This document shows, one piece after another, positions 16,750-25,475 of a DNA stretch of 39,255 bases. The notes beneath the pieces are model-generated. The model was not told the origin of the DNA and made no database searches. It saw nothing but the letters and a program-made list of their open reading frames with translations. The position numbers and the translations under genes were made by a program. The DNA comes from Bacillota bacterium (GTDB taxonomy: Bacteria; Bacillota; Clostridia; Acetivibrionales; DTU013): assembly GCA_023415815.1 (NCBI GenBank), contig JAEZJL010000331.1, positions 1-39,255 of the forward strand, written 5' to 3'. Position 1 is the stretch's first letter; each line of letters starts with the position of its first letter.

Positions 16750-18507
16750 ATGGGACATGTGCATATAAAAGATTATCCGAGGCCGCAGTTTATCCGCCAA
16801 GAGTGGATTAACCTTAACGGAAGATGGGAATTTGCCTTTGATGACCGGCATATAGGCGTTTCATCCAAATGGTTTGAGGACATGCCGGACACAATGCCGA
16901 TTGAGGTTCCTTTCACCTATGAAACCAAGGACAGCGGGATCGGCGAGGAGCGGTTTCATTCCTGCGTGTGGTACCGGCGCAGCGTAACCATACCTCAGGG
17001 AGTTGAGAAAAAGAACACTATTCTTCATTTTCAAGGCGCCGATTATAAAACGCGGGTCTGGGTAAACGGACAATATATCGGACAGCATGAAGGAGGCTAT
17101 GCGGCATTTTCTTTTGACATTACGGATTCGGTCTGCTTTAACGATGAAAATAAAATAACTGTTTGTATAGAGGACAGTAATAGCGGGCTGCAGCCAAGAG
17201 GCAAGCAAAGATGGGTTAAGGACAGTTTCGGCTGCTGGTATGTACAAACGACAGGAATATGGAAAACAGTGTGGCTGGAGTATGCTGACGAGATACATAT
17301 CCGCTCGGTAAAAACGACTCCGGATATCGATACGGACACAATCCGTTTTGAATTTGATCTGTGCGGTATCAAAGAATTTGAAGGGCTTTCGATCGAAACG
17401 GATATCACTTTTGAGGATCAACCGATAAAAAAATGCGAAGTATCCGTCGGGCGCTCCGATTGTACGCTTGATATCTCTCTTAGAAACGATGCGGTGGATG
17501 AGTGGAAAATTAAATACTGGCGTCCCGACCAACCCAATATATACGACGTCAGATTCGTGCTGAAGAGGAATGAAAAGCCGCTGGACACGGTTTATTCATA
17601 TTTTGGCATGAGAAAGGTATCCATTGAGAATGGTAAAGTGCTGCTGAATAATAAACCGATTTATCAGCGGCTTATACTGGATCAGGGGTATTGGAAGGAT
17701 TCGCATATGACGCCCCGCTCGGAAGAAGCGTTGATCGAAGATATAGAGATGACGATCAAAATGGGGTTTAACGGCGTGCGGAAGCACCAGAAGACAGAGG
17801 ATGCCCGCTTTTTATACTGGTGCGACAGGAAAGGACTGCTTGTCTGGCTGGAAATGGCGGCTTTTTATGAATTCCAGGATAGTGCGGTTTCACAATTTAC
17901 CTGCGAATGGACGCAAATCGTGAAACAAAACTATAATCATCCATGTGTCGTGACCTGGGTACCCTTTAACGAGTCGTGGGGAATCCCGAATATTATGGTC
18001 AGCAGGAGACAACAGCAATTTACCGAGGCGATCTACCATTTGACAAAGTCGATTGACCCGATTCGCCCTGTCATCGTCAATGACGGCTGGGAGCATACGG
18101 TTTCGGACATCATTACGTTACACGACTATGAGGCGCAAGCCGACTTATTCCTGAAACGTTATTCGGATAAGGAAAAACTGATGGGCAATGAAATTGCGCA
18201 TAACCAAAACCGGTATCCGTTTGCCAGGGGATATGGTTACAAGGGACAGCCGATCTTAATCAGCGAGTACGGGGGGATCGCTTTTGAATGTGAAGACGGA
18301 TGGGGCTACGGATACCAGGTCAAGACAGAGGAGGAGTTTCTTCAACGCTATCGCAGTATCACATACGCGATTAAAAGTCTTGATTTTATTTGCGGATATT
18401 GCTATACGCAGCTAACGGACATACAGCAGGAGGTTAACGGCCTTTTAACGGCTGAGAGAAAACCGAAGGTTGATCCCGAAAGGATTAAACAAATTAATAT
18501 GGCGTGA
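16750..18507 (+). CDS. Glycoside hydrolase family 2 enzyme (beta-galactosidase/beta-glucuronidase-type fold), no signal peptide
   Basis: 585 aa. N-terminal sugar-binding jelly-roll (WYRR...VWVNGQYIGQHEGGYAAFSFDIT). TIM-barrel acid/base motif PFNESWG and nucleophile motif ISEYGG. Confidence 0.8.
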   Translation: MGHVHIKDYPRPQFIRQEWINLNGRWEFAFDDRHIGVSSKWFEDMPDTMPIEVPFTYETKDSGIGEERFHSCVWYRRSVTIPQGVEKKNTILHFQGADYKTRVWVNGQYIGQHEGGYAAFSFDITDSVCFNDENKITVCIEDSNSGLQPRGKQRWVKDSFGCWYVQTTGIWKTVWLEYADEIHIRSVKTTPDIDTDTIRFEFDLCGIKEFEGLSIETDITFEDQPIKKCEVSVGRSDCTLDISLRNDAVDEWKIKYWRPDQPNIYDVRFVLKRNEKPLDTVYSYFGMRKVSIENGKVLLNNKPIYQRLILDQGYWKDSHMTPRSEEALIEDIEMTIKMGFNGVRKHQKTEDARFLYWCDRKGLLVWLEMAAFYEFQDSAVSQFTCEWTQIVKQNYNHPCVVTWVPFNESWGIPNIMVSRRQQQFTEAIYHLTKSIDPIRPVIVNDGWEHTVSDIITLHDYEAQADLFLKRYSDKEKLMGNEIAHNQNRYPFARGYGYKGQPILISEYGGIAFECEDGWGYGYQVKTEEEFLQRYRSITYAIKSLDFICGYCYTQLTDIQQEVNGLLTAERKPKVDPERIKQINMA

Positions 18508-18544
18508 ATGTCTTTAAATATACTGAGAGGATGGAAATGATAGC

Positions 18545-19600
18545 ATGAAAGCATTGAAGCTCAATTGGGATTCACCGGTACTGATTCATAATATTCCCCC
18601 TATGGATTTTAAACTGCTCACGGATAATCGCGAGCCCGGATTGTTTGGCTCGGAATATCCCCGAATGACGGGACTTTCAGACGGGAGCCGGATAATCGTA
18701 TATACCTTGTCGGATAATCCGGGCTATGGCACGGAGCCGTCCGGCGGGAAAAGACTGGAGTTTGCCCTGAGTGAGGACGGCGGCCGAAAATGGTCCGTTT
18801 TGTCAAGGCTGTCGGACGAAGGGCGCGATCTGGATAACGGGCAGATTATTGAGCTGTCGGATGGCACTTTACTGATGGCATGCAGGTCGGTTATCTGGCA
18901 GCAATCATACAGGCTTGACGTATATGAGAGCCGTGACAAAGGAAGGACGTGGGATTACCGGAGTACGGTTGACGAAAACCATGGCGCCCCGGGCGCTTTG
19001 GGACATCCGGATAAAGGCGTGTACGAACCGCATTTTTATTTTTTACCGGATGGCCGCCTTTCTGTCATGTATGCGAACGAAATCCATGTAACCGAAGACA
19101 CACCCTACAGTCAGATTATTTCACAGAGAATCAGCACAGACGGAGGACTAAGCTGGGGCAAAGAGATCTGGGTTGCATGGGATCCGCACGACCCGGCTGC
19201 CCGTCCCGGTATGCCGGTATGGGATCGGATGCAGGACGGGCGATATATTGTGGTCTTTGAGGTGTGCGCGACACACGGCAGCAATGTATATTATAAGATT
19301 TCTGCCGACGGCTGCACCTGGGAGCCCGGAATAGGCAGAGCGATAGTCGGCCAATACGGGGGGCCTTATGTTGTGTCGTTATCCGATGGCGGACTGCTTG
19401 TCAGCTCAAATTCCGGCCATTTGTCATATAGCGATGATTCCGGCCAAAACTGGCTTTTGATGGAGAAAGCCGCTTTTCCGTATCATCTGTGGTCAAGCGT
19501 CTATCAGACAGGCGAGCGGGAGATAGCTGTTCTCAATTCAATGTGCCGCAGGGAGGGAGGTCATCATATACAGATCCGTTTCGCCGATATTGTTGAATAA
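18545..19600 (+). CDS. BNR/Asp-box repeat beta-propeller protein (sialidase-fold, specificity unknown), no signal peptide
   Basis: 351 aa. Four Asp-boxes: SEDGGRKW, SRDKGRTW, STDGGLSW, SDDSGQNW. I find no canonical (F/Y)RIP motif. Confidence 0.7.
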   Translation: MKALKLNWDSPVLIHNIPPMDFKLLTDNREPGLFGSEYPRMTGLSDGSRIIVYTLSDNPGYGTEPSGGKRLEFALSEDGGRKWSVLSRLSDEGRDLDNGQIIELSDGTLLMACRSVIWQQSYRLDVYESRDKGRTWDYRSTVDENHGAPGALGHPDKGVYEPHFYFLPDGRLSVMYANEIHVTEDTPYSQIISQRISTDGGLSWGKEIWVAWDPHDPAARPGMPVWDRMQDGRYIVVFEVCATHGSNVYYKISADGCTWEPGIGRAIVGQYGGPYVVSLSDGGLLVSSNSGHLSYSDDSGQNWLLMEKAAFPYHLWSSVYQTGEREIAVLNSMCRREGGHHIQIRFADIVE

Positions 19601-19645
19601 ATGCACTGCGAAGGATAGAAAAATATATTATGAAAGGACAGAGCC

Positions 19646-21442
19646 ATGTCTGATAAACGTCAGGGACTTATCGGAATCCCTTTTACAAGAGTAAAAATAT
19701 TTGACGGTTTCTGGTCTCCAAGGATTGATAATCATCAGGAATCAATCATTAAGGCTTGTCTTGACAAGTGCAGGGAGACAGGGAGAATATCAAATTTTGA
19801 TAAAGCTGCAGGGTTAACGGACGGTGAATTTGAGGGCAACTACTTTAACGATTCGGATGTTTACAAGCTGGTGGAAGGTATTGCATACTCGCTGTTCCAC
19901 AACCCTAATGACAGGCTGGAACAAGAAACGGACGGGATTATTGACAGGATAGCGGCGGCGCAGCAAGCGGACGGCTATCTGGATACTTATTTTATTCTGA
20001 CTGCTCCGGATAAAAAGTGGACGGATATGGAAAAGCATGAGGATTACTGTGCAGGCCACCTGATTGAGGCGGCTGTGGAATATTATAAAGCGACGGGAAA
20101 AGGTAAGCTTCTCGAGGTCGCACGCAAGCTGGCGGACCACATCGATAATATTTTCGGCGAAGGAAAACGCCATTGGGTGACCGGACATCAGGAGCTGGAA
20201 CTGGCGCTTGTAAAGCTGTACCATATAACAAATGAAACGTGCTATTTAAAGCTTGCAAACTGGTTTCTTGAAGAGAGAGGCCACGGGTATGGCAAGGGAG
20301 TAATATGGGGAAAAGAAGAATGGGGTACACGGTATTGTCAGGATGATAAACCGATTTACGAAATGTCGGATGTCAAAGGTCACGCCGTACGGGCTATGTA
20401 TCTGTATACTGCGGTTGCGGATGTTGCTGCCGTTACGGAAAACCAGGGGTATATCGACGCTTTAAACAGGCTATGGGATAGCGTTGTTAACAGAAACATG
20501 TATATTACCGGCGGTATCGGCTCTACTAAAAATAATGAGGGCTTTACTTCGGATTATGATTTGCCGAATAGCTCAGCATATTGTGAAACCTGTGCTTCCG
20601 TAGGCATGGTATATTGGAATCACAGGATGAACCTTCTGAATGGCGATAGTATTTATGCGGACATACTTGAAAGATCCCTTTATAACGGAGTTTTATCCGG
20701 CGTTTCGCTGGACGGCGGCAAATTCTTTTATGTAAATCCGCTGGAATCGGACGGATCCCATCACCGTCAGGAGTGGTATGACTGTTCCTGCTGCCCCACG
20801 CAGATAGCAAGGTTTATACCCTCCGTAGGAAATTATATATACGCGGCTTCGGATGATACTATTTACATTAATCTTTTTATATCAAGCGAGGTTGAAATTC
20901 CTTTGGAAGCAGGAAGCGTAAAGTTAATTCAAATGACGGAGTATCCGTGGAAGGGCGCTGTAAATATTACTCTGAAACCGCAGAATGCCCAAAAATTCGC
21001 TGTAAAGCTGCGTTATCCGGGGTGGTGCAAAAAGGTTTCCATCAAGTTAAATAATGAATCCTTAAATGACCTCCCGTTATCGCACGGCTATTTAAAAATA
21101 GAAAAGGAATGGAAAGACGGAGATACCATAACAGCAGATTTTTCAATGCCTGCCGGGATAGTGCATTCGGACCCCCGTGTCGCGGAAAATACCGGTAAGG
21201 CTGCTTTACAAAGAGGACCGCTTGTTTATTGCTTTGAAGAGGCGGACAATATCGATACGTTTCATAAACTTGAATTACATCCGGATATGGAATTTACCCT
21301 TGATGACGCCTCTAATCTTTTATCCGGCGCAACTGTAATAAAGACGGAAAACGGTCACGAAAAATACACGGCTGTTCCATATTATACATGGGATAACAGG
21401 AAGCCCGGAGGCATGAAAGTCTGGATTAAAGAAAACAGATGA
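19646..21442 (+). CDS. Glycoside hydrolase family 127 (DUF1680) beta-L-arabinofuranosidase-like enzyme, no signal peptide
   Basis: 598 aa. YCETCAS and DCSCCPTQIARF match the Glu/Cys and Cys-Cys zinc/catalytic-cysteine motifs described for the GH127 founder enzyme HypBA1. Confidence 0.8.
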   Translation: MSDKRQGLIGIPFTRVKIFDGFWSPRIDNHQESIIKACLDKCRETGRISNFDKAAGLTDGEFEGNYFNDSDVYKLVEGIAYSLFHNPNDRLEQETDGIIDRIAAAQQADGYLDTYFILTAPDKKWTDMEKHEDYCAGHLIEAAVEYYKATGKGKLLEVARKLADHIDNIFGEGKRHWVTGHQELELALVKLYHITNETCYLKLANWFLEERGHGYGKGVIWGKEEWGTRYCQDDKPIYEMSDVKGHAVRAMYLYTAVADVAAVTENQGYIDALNRLWDSVVNRNMYITGGIGSTKNNEGFTSDYDLPNSSAYCETCASVGMVYWNHRMNLLNGDSIYADILERSLYNGVLSGVSLDGGKFFYVNPLESDGSHHRQEWYDCSCCPTQIARFIPSVGNYIYAASDDTIYINLFISSEVEIPLEAGSVKLIQMTEYPWKGAVNITLKPQNAQKFAVKLRYPGWCKKVSIKLNNESLNDLPLSHGYLKIEKEWKDGDTITADFSMPAGIVHSDPRVAENTGKAALQRGPLVYCFEEADNIDTFHKLELHPDMEFTLDDASNLLSGATVIKTENGHEKYTAVPYYTWDNRKPGGMKVWIKENR

Positions 21443-21484
21443 CGGCGCCCTGCGGAGCATAAAGTGATTCTTAACGGACAACAA

Positions 21485-21537
21485 GCGGAAAGTTCCCGAA
21501 GTTTCAATGCTTTCGAGAGCTTTCCGTCTGTTTGGCT
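21485..21537 (+). terminator. Putative terminator of the glycosidase operon
   Basis: Long imperfect hairpin: CGGAAAG (21486-21492) pairs with CTTTCCG (21520-21526), with further inner pairs, followed by TCTGTTT. Confidence 0.45.
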
Positions 21538-21589
21538 GTAAAACCCGGGTTAAAGCATATCGTGAAGTCTTTTTATATCGCTCAGTTGC

Positions 21590-22942
21590 CTATTTCCCGA
21601 AGAATTCATTGTACAGCGCCCTCACGGCGTTGACGCTGTCGGGGGCCTTTACCCCGAAAACGATGCTGACCTCGGAAGCGCCCTGATTGATCATTTCAAT
21701 ATTGATGGAAGAGCCCGCAAACGCTTCCGTCGCCCTTGACGCTATGCCTACCGTATGCTGCATGCCTTCGCCTACGATCATTACCAGGGCGAGGTCGTGC
21801 TGCACATAGATGTCGTCTACCAGCATTTCGGTTTTTATGCGGCTGACGATACGCTCCTCCTTGACGCTGTCGAGCTGGCTTTGCTTCAGGATGACGGACA
21901 GGTTGTCTATCCCTGAGGGGATATGTTCGTAGGACAAGTGTTCCTCTTCAAGAATATGCAATATCTTGCGTCCGAAGCCAACCTCACGGTTCATCAGGTA
22001 TTTGCTCATGTAGATGCAGCAGAAGCCGGAATCGCTTGCTATGCCCACCACGGGACGGGTTATGCTGCTCCGGCTTTTCAGAATGGTGGTGCCGGGCGCG
22101 TCGGGGTTGTTTGTGTTCTTAATCCTGACGGGTATTCCTTTAATGAATACGGGTACCAGCGCTTCTTCGTGGAATACGCTGAAGCCTGCATACGAAAGCT
22201 CTCTCATTTCCCTGTATGTCAGCTCGTGTATGGGATATGGATTCGGCACGATATTTGGGTTGACGGAAAACACGCTGTCAACGTCTGTGAAATTCTCGTA
22301 CAGATCAGCTTCGACAGCCGCCGCAAGTATTGAGCCCGTTATGTCCGAGCCGCCTCTCGGCAGGGTGACCACGTCGCCGTCCGGGGAATAGCCGAAGAAG
22401 CCCGGAAATATTGAAATGCCGGGCGCATCCTTTAAAGCCCGAAGATTTTCATAGGATTGGGGAAGCACCTGCGCGTTTCCGAATTCATCGCTGAGCAGCA
22501 GCCCCGCGTCCTTCGGATTTATATAGCTCGCATCCGCTCCGGTGCTTTTCAGGTATTCGGCGACCAGCTTCGCGCAGTTGTCCTCGCCTGCTGCCTTCAG
22601 GCAATCCATGAATTTGTCCTTGTTTGAAATGTCGCCTTCAAGCCTGCTCTTCAGGTCCAGAGCGATGGAATCCGTTATCCTGTCCGACAGGCCCAGCTCC
22701 GATGCAATATCCGCAAACCTATTTACGAGCGCCGCCAGCTCTATGTCGGCCGTGCCATTCTCCAGCTTTGCCTTCGCACAGGCGATCAGCATGTCCGTGA
22801 CCTTCGTATCCTCTTTGCTGCGCTTCCCGGGAGCCGATACGACGACCAGCCTGCGCTCCGGGTCCGAGAGGACGATTTTACAGACCTTTTTTATCTGATC
22901 GGCGGAAGCCAGAGACGTCCCGCCAAATTTTGCAACTTTCAT
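21590..22942 (-). CDS. lysC: Aspartate kinase (monofunctional, ~450 aa class)
   Basis: MKVAKFGGTSLA and VVVSAPGK kinase motifs, with C-terminal ACT-like repeats. GGAGG inside the ORF-track N-terminal extension (start 22957) serves as the RBS for ATG 22942. Confidence 0.9.
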   Translation of the reverse strand: MKVAKFGGTSLASADQIKKVCKIVLSDPERRLVVVSAPGKRSKEDTKVTDMLIACAKAKLENGTADIELAALVNRFADIASELGLSDRITDSIALDLKSRLEGDISNKDKFMDCLKAAGEDNCAKLVAEYLKSTGADASYINPKDAGLLLSDEFGNAQVLPQSYENLRALKDAPGISIFPGFFGYSPDGDVVTLPRGGSDITGSILAAAVEADLYENFTDVDSVFSVNPNIVPNPYPIHELTYREMRELSYAGFSVFHEEALVPVFIKGIPVRIKNTNNPDAPGTTILKSRSSITRPVVGIASDSGFCCIYMSKYLMNREVGFGRKILHILEEEHLSYEHIPSGIDNLSVILKQSQLDSVKEERIVSRIKTEMLVDDIYVQHDLALVMIVGEGMQHTVGIASRATEAFAGSSINIEMINQGASEVSIVFGVKAPDSVNAVRALYNEFFGK

Positions 22943-23049
22943 TTTATTAACCTCCATTTTTTACATGCAGGCATCCATGGCGCATAACCGCGGCAATTTT
23001 CCGCGCACCTTTTGTTACCTGTATTCCACCCTGTTTACAATATGCAAAT

Positions 23050-23079
23050 ATTATTACACTTGCGAAAAGGTTATGTCAA
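23050..23079 (-). promoter_or_regulatory. Sigma-A-type promoter for lysC
   Basis: On the minus strand: TTGACA (23079-23074), 17-18 nt spacer, TGtAATAAT (23058-23050). This gives a leader of about 100 nt with no recognisable L-box. Confidence 0.5.
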
Positions 23080-23131
23080 TAATTATTCTATAATTACAAT
23101 TTTAAATCCGCAAAATTGCGTAAGCGTATGT

Positions 23132-23172
23132 AGAACATTTGTTTGATTTTGAATGCAGGGGTGGTGTATAAT
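23132..23172 (+). promoter_or_regulatory. LexA (Cheo)-type SOS box overlapping the uvrB promoter
   Basis: AGAACATTTGTTTG (23132-23145). -35 TTGATT (23143-23148), 18-nt spacer, -10 TATAAT (23167-23172). Same layout as at uvrA. Confidence 0.7.
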
Positions 23173-23178
23173 AGGTGA

Positions 23179-23222
23179 GGGGACAGTTCTGCAAAGGACT
23201 GTGCCGAGAACTGTCCCCTTTT
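23179..23222 (+). ncRNA. uvrB leader module 1: terminator-like hairpin starting at about +1
   Basis: GGGGACAGTTCT (23179-23190) pairs with AGAACTGTCCCC (23207-23218), followed by TTTT. An alternative inner hairpin pairs CAGTTCT with AGGACTG (23195-23201) around a GCAA loop. Confidence 0.55.
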
Positions 23223-23238
23223 GACGCTAAAGCTGACC

Positions 23239-23281
23239 GGGACAGTTCTGCAAAGAACTGAGCCGGGAACTGTCCCCTTTT
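23239..23281 (+). ncRNA. uvrB leader module 2: tandem copy of module 1
   Basis: GGGACAGTTC (23239-23248) pairs with GAACTGTCCC (23267-23276), followed by CTTTT. Inner alternative pairs CAGTTCT (23243-23249) with AGAACTG (23254-23260) around GCAA. Both modules end in TGTCCCCTTTTGACGCT. A third GGGGGACAGG half-site lies at 23298-23307. Confidence 0.55.
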
Positions 23282-23332
23282 GACGCTGAGGTGCAGCGGG
23301 GGACAGGTTGGGTTGTAAAACGGGAGGAGATT

Positions 23333-25309
23333 ATGCCGGAGTTTAAGATTGTTTCAGATTATAAAATGCGCGGAGACCAGCCGGAGGCTGTGGAGAAGCT
23401 GGTCAACGGGCTGAACAGGGGCTACGGGCACCAGACGCTGCTCGGCGTCACGGGTTCGGGCAAGACCTTTACCATGGCAAACGTTATTGAAAGGGTGCAG
23501 AGACCCACGCTGGTCATCGCCCACAATAAAACCCTTGTGGCGCAGCTCTGCAGCGAGTTCAAGGAATTTTTCCCGGACAACGCCGTCGAGTATTTCGTCA
23601 GCTATTACGATTACTACCAGCCGGAGGCCTATATACCTTCGACCGACACTTATATAGAAAAGGATTCCTCGATAAACGACGAGATCGACAAGCTGAGGCA
23701 CTCGGCCACCGCAGCGCTGTTCGAGAGGCGCGACGTCATCATCGTCGCCAGCGTTTCCTGCATTTATGGCCTGGGCGACCCGGAGGACTACACCGAGCTT
23801 ATGCTGTCGCTGCGGCCGGGGATGCGCAGGGACAGGGACGAGATCATACGCAAGCTGGTAGATATACAATACGAGAGGAACGAGATAGACTTCAGGCGCG
23901 GAAAATTCAGGGCCAGGGGAGATGTGCTTGAGATATTCCCGCCCGACTCCTCCGACAGGGTGCTCCGCATAGAGTTTTTCGGAGACGAGATCGAGAGGAT
24001 TTCGGAGATAAATTACCTCACGGGCGAGATTCTCGGTATACGCACGCATGCGGCGATTTTTCCGGCAAACCATTATGCCACGACCAGGGTTAAAATGGAG
24101 AGGTCGGTCATCACCATAGAAAAGGAGCTGGAGGAGCGGCTTGCGGAGCTCAAGAGCCAGGGAAAGCTGCTGGAGGCGCAGAGGCTGGAGCAGAGGACGC
24201 GATACGACCTGGAAATGCTGCAGGAGGTCGGCTTCTGCCAGGGCATAGAAAATTACTCCAGGCATATCAGCGGCAGAGAGCCGGGGAGCTCTCCGTACAC
24301 CCTGATCGACTATTTCCCGGAGGACCTGCTTATGATAATAGACGAGTCGCATGTTTCGGTGCCCCAGATAGGAGGCATGTACAACGGCGACAGGTCGAGG
24401 AAGGAATCGCTCGTGGAATACGGCTTCAGGCTGCCCTCTGCCTTTGACAACAGACCCTTGAAATTCGATGAATTTGAAAAGAAGATGAAGCAGGTGGTCT
24501 ATGTCAGCGCAACGCCGGGTCAGTACGAGAAAAGGCACTCAAACCAGGTGGCGGAGCAGATCATCCGGCCGACGGGGCTCATCGACCCCGAGGTGATTGT
24601 GAAGCCTGTCAAAGGGCAGATCGACGACCTCATCGGGGAGATAACGAAGCGGGTCGGAATGAATCACAGGGTTCTTGTGACCACGCTTACAAAAAAGATG
24701 GCGGAGGACCTCACAAGCTACCTGAAGGAGCTGGAATTCAAGGTCGAATACCTGCATTCGGATGTTGAGACGCTCCAGAGGATGGAGCTGATAAGAAACC
24801 TCAGGCTCGGCGTATTCGACGTGCTTGTGGGGATAAATCTGCTGAGGGAGGGCCTTGACCTTCCCGAGGTCTCGCTTGTCGCTATACTTGACGCGGACAA
24901 GGAGGGCTTCCTGCGCTCCGAGACCTCGCTCATACAGACCATCGGAAGGGCCGCCAGAAATGTCGAGGGCACTGTCGTAATGTACGCCGACACGGTCACC
25001 GAGTCCATGAGGAAGGCGATAAGCGAAACCAACAGAAGAAGAAAAATACAGATGGAGTACAACGCCGAAAACGGCATCACTCCCACCACCGTGCAGAAGG
25101 GCGTAAGGGATATTCTCGAGACCATAAAGATTTCCGAGGACGGCTCCAGGTACGACTTCAAGGGCAGCCCCGACGAAATGGCCAGGGAGGATATTGAAAA
25201 GCTGCTGCTGAAGCTGGAAAAGGAAATGAAGGAAGCGGCGAGAGAGCTGCAGTTTGAGAGGGCCGCAGTGCTGAGGGACAGGGCTCAGGAGCTGAAAAAG
25301 CGGCTGTAA
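23333..25309 (+). CDS. uvrB: Excinuclease ABC subunit B
   Basis: [17 protein letters not shown]..., Walker [13 protein letters not shown] box (IIDESHV), C-terminal UVR motif ([12 protein letters not shown]). GGGAGGAG RBS supports ATG 23333 rather than the ORF-track GTG 23291. Confidence 0.95.
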   Translation: MPEFKIVSDYKMRGDQPEAVEKLVNGLNRGYGHQTLLGVTGSGKTFTMANVIERVQRPTLVIAHNKTLVAQLCSEFKEFFPDNAVEYFVSYYDYYQPEAYIPSTDTYIEKDSSINDEIDKLRHSATAALFERRDVIIVASVSCIYGLGDPEDYTELMLSLRPGMRRDRDEIIRKLVDIQYERNEIDFRRGKFRARGDVLEIFPPDSSDRVLRIEFFGDEIERISEINYLTGEILGIRTHAAIFPANHYATTRVKMERSVITIEKELEERLAELKSQGKLLEAQRLEQRTRYDLEMLQEVGFCQGIENYSRHISGREPGSSPYTLIDYFPEDLLMIIDESHVSVPQIGGMYNGDRSRKESLVEYGFRLPSAFDNRPLKFDEFEKKMKQVVYVSATPGQYEKRHSNQVAEQIIRPTGLIDPEVIVKPVKGQIDDLIGEITKRVGMNHRVLVTTLTKKMAEDLTSYLKELEFKVEYLHSDVETLQRMELIRNLRLGVFDVLVGINLLREGLDLPEVSLVAILDADKEGFLRSETSLIQTIGRAARNVEGTVVMYADTVTESMRKAISETNRRRKIQMEYNAENGITPTTVQKGVRDILETIKISEDGSRYDFKGSPDEMAREDIEKLLLKLEKEMKEAARELQFERAAVLRDRAQELKKRL

Positions 25310-25324
25310 AAGCAATAGTGAAGA

Positions 25325-25361
25325 GGGTGCGTCGCAGCGATACTGTGCGCATCCTTTTTTA
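25325..25361 (+). terminator. Intrinsic terminator after uvrB
   Basis: GGGTGCG (25325-25331) pairs with CGCATCC (25348-25354) with one G-U pair, followed by TTTTTTAT. Confidence 0.55.
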
Positions 25362-25376
25362 TGCTGCTGCTAATGG

Positions 25377-25454
25377 ATTGGATGGTGCCAAAATATCTGA
25401 ATTGGCTGTTTTCTTCTAAATTAAGTGCTGATATAATTAAATTGGATGATGCCA
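25377..25454 (+). promoter_or_regulatory. Promoter region of the MocR gene with two direct copies of ATTGGATG(G/A)TGCCA
   Basis: Copy 1 at 25377-25390, copy 2 at 25441-25454 (13/14 identical, 64 bp start to start). They bracket an extended -10 TGaTATAAT (25429-25437). Confidence 0.45.
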
Positions 25455-25475
25455 TTTGAACTTTGGAGGGCTTTT

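Noticed and set aside
12102-21540. The sugar cassette as a mobile element or genomic island with recognisable mobility genes.
   Set aside because: No integrase, transposase, tRNA target, or terminal inverted or direct repeats are visible. I report only the compositional contrast.
22943-23079. Possible lysine riboswitch (L-box) upstream of the aspartate kinase gene.
   Set aside because: The leader from the predicted promoter is only about 100 nt. I cannot find the conserved L-box core elements. Only short local hairpins are present.
23179-23315. Tandem ~60-nt repeats that might be a CRISPR array or minisatellite.
   Set aside because: There are only about 2.3 copies and no repeat/unique-spacer alternation. 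Each unit is itself a hairpin plus U-tract placed in a 5' leader. I treat it as a regulatory module instead.
23291-23332. N-terminal extension of uvrB from GTG 23291 ([14 protein letters not shown]...). Similar extensions occur at 14790 (permease), 25446 (MocR), 22957 (lysC) and 31219 (permease).
   Set aside because: In each case a GGAGG-type RBS sits at proper spacing before an internal ATG where family-typical sequence begins. The extensions overlap leaders, hairpins or the upstream gene.
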